A stretch of DNA of 38,267 nt from a virus. Lineage: Duplodnaviria; Caudoviricetes. The position numbers were made by a program, and so were the translations under genes. The stretch covers positions 1-38,267 of the IMG/VR virus record IMGVR_UViG_3300011335_000514. The stretch is one strand, 5' to 3'. Below the pieces are notes generated by a model. It searched no databases and had not been told where the DNA came from. It was given only the letters and a program-made list of their open reading frames with translations. This document shows, in pieces, positions 25,155 through 32,849 of this stretch (positions are counted from its first letter, which is position 1; each line of letters begins with the position of its first letter).

Positions 25155-25571
25155 CTTTCCGCGATCTTTTTCAGTGATGGGACCGCCTACTACCCAAGCA
25201 GCACAGGTCCTTGTGCCGGCACATTTAAAATGCAAAAAGTTGCAATAGCCCAGATCACTTAGATTTATCGTGGCAGCAGCATCCGCATATGACTCATCTC
25301 CGCGGATTCCGGACTCAATACACTTCCTCATAGTATCACTGGCATCAAACGCAGCACAGTTGCCACACAGCATGGTCTTGACTGTTTTTTCTGTCACTGC
25401 CCAACGGCCTGCTGCCTTTTTCCAATAATCGCCGGGCTCTAAAGGATTTGCTGGGCCGTAGTGATAATCATCTATGGCTGCTTGGCGATTTTTAAGATTG
25501 AGTTCAATGTCATGCGTGGCCACCGGGCAGCCTTTTTCTATTGCTTCAACAAGTCTGATAAAGTTTCTCAT
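25143..25571 (-). CDS. Cys-rich protein, HiPIP-like Fe-S or Zn-binding candidate
   Basis: Start MRNFIRLVE at 25571; CGNCAAF...GYCNFLHFKCAGTRTCAAW parallels the HiPIP CxxC...G.C...C..W pattern. Confidence 0.6.
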   Translation of the reverse strand: MRNFIRLVEAIEKGCPVATHDIELNLKNRQAAIDDYHYGPANPLEPGDYWKKAAGRWAVTEKTVKTMLCGNCAAFDASDTMRKCIESGIRGDESYADAAATINLSDLGYCNFLHFKCAGTRTCAAWVVGGPITEKDRGKKVM

Positions 25572-25575
25572 ATGC

Positions 25576-26112
25576 TTATTTAACACCAATTCGTAATAGA
25601 CTCTTGTAGTCTGTTTCAGGATCCTGGGCAGATCTTGAGCCTTGATACAGTGTTCGGCTGAGATCATACGTACTGAGATCATCATCCACATCGTCTCTGC
25701 TCTGCAATGCTACTAATACTCCTGCGGGTATGTGATCAAACCAACCGCGATTTTCCATGTCGTGACAACTTGTATTGATCACCAAGCCATCTTCGTCCAG
25801 TTGCCGGTAATCCAGTCGGTTGGCGTCCTTGACCATGGACTCGATACGATCATCAATGTTTAATATCCGAGCTATGCGTTGTGCTTTACGCACCACACCG
25901 GCATCCTGGTCTACATTCACGATGTGATCGTACTGTATATTGTTTTTGGCCAACAGTATGCTCATGTTCCCATACCATGAACCCAAGATGTAGATAGTGC
26001 TGAACTGATCCTGGATTTTTTTAAGTTCGTGGATCAGCCATAGTTTGTTCAGTATCAACCCGGATTCAAAACTGCCCTGCAAGGTCAGCGGGCTGAACTC
26101 TAGCAGTTTCAT
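25576..26112 (-). CDS. Class I SAM-dependent methyltransferase-like protein
   Basis: IYILGSWYG (motif I), VNVDQD (acidic end of strand 2), KDAN, LVINTSC; MKLLEF N-terminus. Confidence 0.6.
   Translation of the reverse strand: MKLLEFSPLTLQGSFESGLILNKLWLIHELKKIQDQFSTIYILGSWYGNMSILLAKNNIQYDHIVNVDQDAGVVRKAQRIARILNIDDRIESMVKDANRLDYRQLDEDGLVINTSCHDMENRGWFDHIPAGVLVALQSRDDVDDDLSTYDLSRTLYQGSRSAQDPETDYKSLLRIGVK
25577..25582 (-). promoter_or_regulatory. T4-like late promoter core overlapping a stop codon
   Basis: TTAAATA-AGCAT-ATG; 5 nt from the ATG at 25571. Confidence 0.5.
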
Positions 26113-29100
26113 ACTGTTATGATTTCTGCTATGTTATAGTCAGCAGGGCGACCCACATACACGGTCTTTAACACATACTTGACATCACCGATCTTTCTCA
26201 TGCCTAGGGCTACATTAGTGGTGTGATCCAGCACATAAAATCTATTGCCCACCTCCAGTTGCGACATCTGTTTTATCACTCGAGGCAGTTTGAGTTTGCG
26301 TATGGCAGAATCAAATGATTTGTCGTCAATGCCGCGTTGTTGTTGTCGATCCAGAGCATGATCGTCCAGGTTCACAATGATATCGCCCAGATTGATAGTG
26401 GCCACAGTGTCCTCGTTGGTTTTCTTTTTCTTGGCGCGGCCGGCTTTCATATTTGCGGCCCAATGGGCTAACTGTGCTGCCCGCCCTGAATGGCTCTTAG
26501 CAAACTTGCGTAGGTTGCTTACTGATGATTTTGTAGGCACACCGTGGCGTTTTGAGTCGCCCTTGTCTTGTGGGTTCTTACCGTCGGCAAAGTTTTCCCG
26601 GATCTGGCCACCTGAGACCAGTCTCTGCCACATGTTCAGGGGGATATACCAAGAGCCATTTGTGCTTTGTTTAAATCCCATGCTTTGCATTTGTTGCGGG
26701 CTATAACTGCCTGACAGTTCGCCAGGACGCAAAAACTTCATCTGCGGACCGTCGTATGCTTCGGCTATGGCCTGTGGTAGGAAACTGGCTGCTATGTCCC
26801 GGCAGGTGTTGAAGATGTCAGCGTTGTCAGTGACCTGCAGGTTGAATGGATAGTCTTCGGCAGGATGCTGTGTGGGATCTTGCCAGCCAGCATAGCATTT
26901 CTCAATGCCATAGTCTGATAACAAGTCAGTGCAACTCTCACCATAACGCTCATCCATGTGATTCACACAAGGACTCAAGGTGGTGATCATGATGGCATTG
27001 GGTCCGATACGACCATGGCTTTCTAAATGCTTGTCTATGGCCATTCGTTCAGCATGGCGGCGTGTGTGATTGGGTCCGGGCATGTTGATAGCATAGGTGT
27101 GATTGTTTTTGTTGTCGATCAAGCAAGCAGCCACACGCCCATACTTTTCTGGATCTGACTCATGGCCCCGACGGATCATTTCAATACACTTTTCCAGCAC
27201 TGAGTCTAACTTGCCCAGTTTGGTGATCTCTCGGCTTTCGTCCACATCTTCTTCGCCGGGTTCGTCCAGGTCATGTGTTTTCAAGCCTAGATTTGTGAGT
27301 TCATGGCTGTATTTGTTTTCCAGTTCTTCTGACCCAAACGCAAACACAGTGCTGGGAGGGCCTTTGCCCAGTGTGCTCTTGTCAATGCTGTTGAGATTGG
27401 ATATGTGTTGACCCAGTTTATACCAGTCATACATGTCGCTCACATCCACTTTGATAGTGCCGGCGGGCATCTCGGGCGGTGTTTCAGGACCGATAGGTGC
27501 TTGATTGCCCAGGGCGTCCAGTTCTCTGCGTAGTCGTTGTTCTAATACTGTGATGCTTTCTGACACTGGTGCTGTGCTCTGTCTTACTGAGTAGGCGTCG
27601 GCGTTGATTTCTTGATCCGGAGTCATGCGGGCATAGTTGGCCACCCACTCTTGACCCTTGCGCCAGGCTTCGGCTTGTGTGGCAGCATACATCCTGAACA
27701 CTGGTTGGTTGGTGCTTCTGTCATACACTTCCCACTGTGTCTGTGCTGGTTGCGATGTATACTGTTCAACATCTGGTTCAATGTCTTGCACACCTGCTAC
27801 CGGAGTAGGTGCTTGACTGGCTTGGTAGTCCGCCCATCGTCTGGTGTTGGCTGCTGCATCGGCAGCCTGGCGTTGGCGTTGTAGATCCTGTGTGCTGCCT
27901 GGGATGGCTGCTGGAACAACTTCAAATGGTCCTTCAGATGAGTTCGCCATATCATTGTTGTAGAACCATTCTCTTGCTACTGCGTTGGCATCTGCTTGCA
28001 CATTTCTGTTCCAGAAACTATGCACGATTTCATTGTTTCTGTTGATGATGTTCCATTGCACACTACCGGATTCAGGTGCCGCTGGTGCTGCAAACATCGT
28101 GGTATCCACTATCATGTAATCTGCGGCATTTGCATTTTGTCGAGCAGCCCAGGCTGCCAATACAGCACGAAGTTGTGCTTGGCTGTAGCCATCCGGCAAG
28201 GTGAATCTAAACAAGTAGTCGGGTGCGCGTGATGGTGTTCCGCTACTGTAAGCGAACACCAGAGGATCATCTCTTCGCACAATGGCCAACTGCCCATTGG
28301 GATCATTGGGTCTGCCACGGCCCTGCGGATGCGGTCCAGTGGTGCTGGCACCTGCTGCGGGTTCATCCAGGCGTTCGATGGTCATTGCATCGTTATCTAC
28401 AAATCTCCAGTTGGGCTGCTGTATTATGGCCTGCTTCTTGGCATCTATAGGGTCGGTGGCCATCACTTCCACCACGCCGCCGCCCAGTTCAGGCTTCAAC
28501 GACACTCTCCAGCGATGACCATTCACGATGGCCTCACCGGACTTCTTGGCCTTGCGGTCGGCCTGTGCTTGACGCACAAAACTCTTTAGTGCAGTGGCAG
28601 GTAGTTCGCCTGCTGCATACTTGGCAAAGATAGACAGGGGATCTTTTTCATCTTTGGGTGCCAACATCTTGTATAGTTTTTTCAGATACTCTTCACGATA
28701 GGCCTTGGGATCCATGGCTGCTGACAATGCCACAGTGAATCTCAACAGGGTATTTTCAATCTTGTCAAAGTTGTCACCCAACCAATCACCACCGGGACTG
28801 CGGAACTCTATATGCCCATCTTTGGTGTTGATCGAAGTGTATTTGTCTGTGCTGCCCGAGTGTATGGCTTTGCTGGCCAGTTCGCCCATGTGGCCTTTCA
28901 TCTTGTCCAACAAATATTTTGCTTCATAAGGTCGTTTTTGCACATGATCACGCACTTTGCCCATGGCACTCCGGGCATAGGTGTTGCTGGAACGACCAAA
29001 CTGATCTAACACATATTCATCGCCCATGAGCAGGGCCAGTTTCACAAAGTCCAGTCGGTCAAGATCATAGTTGGGCACACTGATGTTGATGTGCAGCCCA

Positions 29101-31874
29101 GTTGATTTGTTGGTGTAGCAGCCGTTTAGATCTGCCCACTTCTTGACCTTGTTCAGGTCCGACATTATTTCATCTATGGGCAAAGGCGGGCTCACAAACT
29201 CCAGGCCAGCATCATCAGGATCATCTGGTTCCAAGCTGCCATCGGGTTCGACCACATAGAAGTTCTTGCCCGGGCCCGGACGCTCTTGGCCATACTCATG
29301 ATAACTATCACTGGCTCTGGCAGGTCGACCCACAGCAGCACTGAATGATTCTGCTGTTTCCTGCACCGAGGCTCCCTCGCCGCTGCTGGCGCTGCGCCAA
29401 TGTGGCCAGGTGATGTCGCCTGAATATCTATTCTCAATATCACTCATCATGGTTAGGCCTGAATCTCCCAACCATTCTTCAAACAGGTCGTCGTCCTCGT
29501 AGAACCCTTCCCTGGCACTTTCCTGGGCATCCTCATACCAGGGTTCTATTTGTTCAGCGGTGATCTTGTCCGCAGCCAGTTGATATTCCTTACGACTGAT
29601 GGGGTCTTCCGATTCCAGATCCAACAGGCCTCTCACATCATCGTCGTCCATGTTTTCTTTGATGTAGTCGTAGATGTATTGCTCGCTGTCTGAATCCCAA
29701 CGACCATCAAATGCTTCCGATTGCCAGTCTGAAAAATCAGTCATCATGCTGTCAATCAGGCCGTCCACACTTCTGCGGCTGTTGTAATCACCGTCATAGA
29801 AAAAGTCTCGGATGTCTCTGGGGCTGCTGGCTCGGTCATCTTGATCGTAGTCAGGTTCCAGGTCACCGTCGTCTTCACTTTGAGTGTTAGGCACGATCAT
29901 CTCAAACTCCATGCCAGCCAACGCACCGGTCTTGGCTGCTTCTTTTCGCAGGTTCTTGCCGCCCATGTTGATCTCAAACAGGTCCTGCTCTTTGAACTCA
30001 CGCAATAGTTTTTGTAATCCTGCTGTGAGCAAAGCAGGATGACCTTGGCTATCAGTTTGTAATCCCAGTTTGTTGGCTTCTTTGCCCACAGCACCGGGAC
30101 GCACATCTTTGGTTAGTGCCATGACGAATCGTGGATCCTTGGCCTGTGCCTTTGTGGGAATGTAGCCTGATGCTTCTTCCAGTGTGGCACCATCAAACAT
30201 TTCAGGCTGTTCTTCAGCCCATTGTCGCATGATACGACCGGCCATGGCGTTGGCTTGATCTTCCCAAGGGCTACCAGTAGCACCAGCATCTGCGGGCAAC
30301 GGCTCACGCTCATCCTGCTGACGATGTGTCATCTCATGAGCCATGGTGCGAAGGATATCCAACACATGGCGTCCCGCGGTGGCCAAGATCAGTGTGTTGC
30401 TTTCTGGTTCGTATTGACCAAAACTGCCATTTTCTCTGCTCCAGTCCGGAGTGGTTTCTAAACGCAACCGGGGCGGATTCTTTAACTTTAACTTGCTCAC
30501 ACAACTCTTGTAGAAACGATGCAGTATCTTCTTCAAGTGATCTGGATCTACTGATTCTGTGATATCTTCTCTGAGAGATTTTGACAAGGCAGCTTTGGCC
30601 AATGCACTATAACCTTCTTTGGGATGTAGTCCTTCTCGATCAGGAGTTGCTACAGCAGCAAGATCCACATAGGCATCCCCACTGATAGCTGACATCACAT
30701 CTCGAGCAGCATTTCTATTGAAGGGCAATATCCAAACATATTTTTTAGCGTTGAGCGCATCTCTTATGCGACTGATGTTGTTTATAGTAGCGTCTGGGTT
30801 AGGATTTACACCACCATTTCGTATAGGATAGTCATTGGTTCCTGCACTCACGATGGCCACATCAGCACCTTGCATAGCAGGATTTGACGCAGCAGCCGAA
30901 AGGATTTTCTTGGTAATGCGACCCACCACAGCATCATGTGGTAGACCGGCAGCCTGCGCGATCCCTAATGCAATGCTGTCTCCTACTACTACGACTCTGG
31001 GTTTAGCAAGGGTAGCACCAGGTAAGTCCCAATCGGGCACTCGCTCTCCCTCATCCACTTGTTCTGATTCAGTGCCAGCAGGATGATCTTGGCCGGCATA
31101 GGCTGTGCCTGGATACCAGTAATCACGCATGCCATAGTTGACTTTTTTACGCTCACGAGGCTTCTTCGATTGTTCTAGACTGAGTTCACGATCACGCTGG
31201 GCTGCTTTGGCTTTCCACAACTTATCGATGCACCCCATGTTCCTCAACAGTTTGAACGCAATGTTTTCACAGCCAAACTCGCCATTCTTTTCCAAACTGG
31301 TTTTACGCATATCTTTGATGCGATCCCACAGTCGGTTGATGGCTTCTGCATCTCCGGATTTGATGGCAGCATGGATTCTAGCATCAAGGTCTGCGGCTTT
31401 GTGCTGCACACATGAGTCATCTATCTTGGCCCGCCGGCGTTGTGGAACTTGTGACCATTCGCCATTCTTTACACTGTAGATGCCTTGGCTCACATGTTTC
31501 TGATCCGCAGGCTGAACATATAGTTCTACAGGTACGCCACCAATCCGGATGTCATGTTCATCATTGTATTGATACTTTTTGGCGTTGAACAATTCCTGAT
31601 ACACAGGATCGTCAGGCATTTCGACCACAAGATGTAGATCAATATCTGAGTGGGGAGTGTAAGAATAGGCAGCATTGCTACCTGAGATGGTGAGATCCTG
31701 GACTTTGAGATCATCTACGCCCAGGAACTCTTGGAAATCTGCTGCTATTGCTAGAAGTTTTTCACGCACTTCCGGCAACAAGTGCTCGTCTGAACCCCAT
31801 ATTCTAGGGTTCAGACGGCTATGAAATTTTACAGCATCGGCGAGATTAAAGGTATCAAGATCATGGAAATTCAT
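26109..31874 (-). CDS. 1921-aa multi-enzyme (polyvalent) protein: Pol-beta nucleotidyltransferase, SGNH hydrolase, zincin peptidase, amidoligase, deaminase and small modules
   Basis: SGSNAAYSYTPHSDIDLH + VELY; GDSIA / GTND / GLHP; AHEMTH; GMEFE, EPDGSL, LEFVSPP, STGLHINI, KYTSIN, IEFRSPGG; HAE + TTLSPC...C + QDP; HALDRQQQRGI. Confidence 0.85.
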   Translation of the reverse strand: MNFHDLDTFNLADAVKFHSRLNPRIWGSDEHLLPEVREKLLAIAADFQEFLGVDDLKVQDLTISGSNAAYSYTPHSDIDLHLVVEMPDDPVYQELFNAKKYQYNDEHDIRIGGVPVELYVQPADQKHVSQGIYSVKNGEWSQVPQRRRAKIDDSCVQHKAADLDARIHAAIKSGDAEAINRLWDRIKDMRKTSLEKNGEFGCENIAFKLLRNMGCIDKLWKAKAAQRDRELSLEQSKKPRERKKVNYGMRDYWYPGTAYAGQDHPAGTESEQVDEGERVPDWDLPGATLAKPRVVVVGDSIALGIAQAAGLPHDAVVGRITKKILSAAASNPAMQGADVAIVSAGTNDYPIRNGGVNPNPDATINNISRIRDALNAKKYVWILPFNRNAARDVMSAISGDAYVDLAAVATPDREGLHPKEGYSALAKAALSKSLREDITESVDPDHLKKILHRFYKSCVSKLKLKNPPRLRLETTPDWSRENGSFGQYEPESNTLILATAGRHVLDILRTMAHEMTHRQQDEREPLPADAGATGSPWEDQANAMAGRIMRQWAEEQPEMFDGATLEEASGYIPTKAQAKDPRFVMALTKDVRPGAVGKEANKLGLQTDSQGHPALLTAGLQKLLREFKEQDLFEINMGGKNLRKEAAKTGALAGMEFEMIVPNTQSEDDGDLEPDYDQDDRASSPRDIRDFFYDGDYNSRRSVDGLIDSMMTDFSDWQSEAFDGRWDSDSEQYIYDYIKENMDDDDVRGLLDLESEDPISRKEYQLAADKITAEQIEPWYEDAQESAREGFYEDDDLFEEWLGDSGLTMMSDIENRYSGDITWPHWRSASSGEGASVQETAESFSAAVGRPARASDSYHEYGQERPGPGKNFYVVEPDGSLEPDDPDDAGLEFVSPPLPIDEIMSDLNKVKKWADLNGCYTNKSTGLHINISVPNYDLDRLDFVKLALLMGDEYVLDQFGRSSNTYARSAMGKVRDHVQKRPYEAKYLLDKMKGHMGELASKAIHSGSTDKYTSINTKDGHIEFRSPGGDWLGDNFDKIENTLLRFTVALSAAMDPKAYREEYLKKLYKMLAPKDEKDPLSIFAKYAAGELPATALKSFVRQAQADRKAKKSGEAIVNGHRWRVSLKPELGGGVVEVMATDPIDAKKQAIIQQPNWRFVDNDAMTIERLDEPAAGASTTGPHPQGRGRPNDPNGQLAIVRRDDPLVFAYSSGTPSRAPDYLFRFTLPDGYSQAQLRAVLAAWAARQNANAADYMIVDTTMFAAPAAPESGSVQWNIINRNNEIVHSFWNRNVQADANAVAREWFYNNDMANSSEGPFEVVPAAIPGSTQDLQRQRQAADAAANTRRWADYQASQAPTPVAGVQDIEPDVEQYTSQPAQTQWEVYDRSTNQPVFRMYAATQAEAWRKGQEWVANYARMTPDQEINADAYSVRQSTAPVSESITVLEQRLRRELDALGNQAPIGPETPPEMPAGTIKVDVSDMYDWYKLGQHISNLNSIDKSTLGKGPPSTVFAFGSEELENKYSHELTNLGLKTHDLDEPGEEDVDESREITKLGKLDSVLEKCIEMIRRGHESDPEKYGRVAACLIDNKNNHTYAINMPGPNHTRRHAERMAIDKHLESHGRIGPNAIMITTLSPCVNHMDERYGESCTDLLSDYGIEKCYAGWQDPTQHPAEDYPFNLQVTDNADIFNTCRDIAASFLPQAIAEAYDGPQMKFLRPGELSGSYSPQQMQSMGFKQSTNGSWYIPLNMWQRLVSGGQIRENFADGKNPQDKGDSKRHGVPTKSSVSNLRKFAKSHSGRAAQLAHWAANMKAGRAKKKKTNEDTVATINLGDIIVNLDDHALDRQQQRGIDDKSFDSAIRKLKLPRVIKQMSQLEVGNRFYVLDHTTNVALGMRKIGDVKYVLKTVYVGRPADYNIAEIITV

Positions 31875-31878
31875 GATC

Positions 31879-31885
31879 TATTTAT
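31879..31885 (-). promoter_or_regulatory. T4-like late promoter
   Basis: ATAAATA-GATC-ATG fills the 13-nt intergenic gap. Confidence 0.65.
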
Positions 31886-31887
31886 CG

Positions 31888-32793
31888 CTATTCAGCAGTA
31901 GTGGTTGTCTCTTCAGACTTCTTGTTTGTGGCAATCACTGTGGCTTCTACTGGCACAGGCTCTGCGGGTTGTGTCTGCACAACGGCCTGTTGATTGGCCT
32001 GATTGCTCAGTGCAATCTGATGCAGATCTGCATATAGTTTGTCCTGTGTCTGATAATCAAACACATATGTACCGGTGTGCTTTAGCAGTACACGCTTGTC
32101 GATAAACACTTGCCCACCGATGTCACGCCAGTTTTCACAGAAAGTCCAGTCTTCACTGTAGTAACGATTTTCACGCACCGCTGTGTCAAAGTAGGTCTTC
32201 ATGTAAGGATTCAACACAGGGTCCAATCCAATGTCGTTGATAAATGGCTTCACAGCAGGATGTGCATTGAGTTTTTCAAATACATCACGCTTCATCAACA
32301 AGAAACCTGTACCGGTCTTGGTGACTTCGATCAGGCCCGATGGATCATCCTGAACAGCATCTGGAATGCCATTAACACACCACTTAACTGGCAGGGATTT
32401 CATAGGATACAATCCGCCCACAACATCTTTGTCGTGATTCAACATGACCAACAAGTGCCAAGGTTCCCAGCCAATGTCAGCATCGATGAACATCAAGTGT
32501 GTGGATTCTTTGGTGTGTAGAAACTTAGCAGTGAGGGTATTTCTAGCACGACTGATCAGGGATTCATTGGTCATTGTTTCCACAGTCCAATCCAGGCCTA
32601 ATTGGCGTGCTACATTGGCCCATTTGATGTAACTCATGAATGTAGATTCTGTGAGTTGGCCACCATAACATGGCATACACAGATGAACTCTTGTGGTTTT
32701 CAAGTAATCAATGTTTACTTGGATGCTTTGTTGTCCACCATTGGAATCCACAGGGGATGCGTTCTGATAAGGTAGTTGTTGTTCGTCTGCCAT
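31888..32793 (-). CDS. GT-A fold (GT2-like) glycosyltransferase
   Basis: LCMPCYGG, ESLISRARN, LMFIDADIGW (DxD), GTGFLLM, SEDWTFC, LKHTG. Confidence 0.8.
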   Translation of the reverse strand: MADEQQLPYQNASPVDSNGGQQSIQVNIDYLKTTRVHLCMPCYGGQLTESTFMSYIKWANVARQLGLDWTVETMTNESLISRARNTLTAKFLHTKESTHLMFIDADIGWEPWHLLVMLNHDKDVVGGLYPMKSLPVKWCVNGIPDAVQDDPSGLIEVTKTGTGFLLMKRDVFEKLNAHPAVKPFINDIGLDPVLNPYMKTYFDTAVRENRYYSEDWTFCENWRDIGGQVFIDKRVLLKHTGTYVFDYQTQDKLYADLHQIALSNQANQQAVVQTQPAEPVPVEATVIATNKKSEETTTTAE

Positions 32794-32816
32794 AAGGCCC
32801 TTTCAATGTTGTAGAA

Positions 32817-32835
32817 TATTTAACGGAGTATAGCA
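32817..32835 (-). promoter_or_regulatory. Tandem promoter elements: extended -10 TGCTATACT and late TAAATA
   Basis: Minus strand TGCTATACTCCGTTAAATA in the 56-nt gap upstream of the GT2 gene; no convincing -35 element. Confidence 0.5.
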
Positions 32836-32849
32836 GGCGCGTAGAATTT

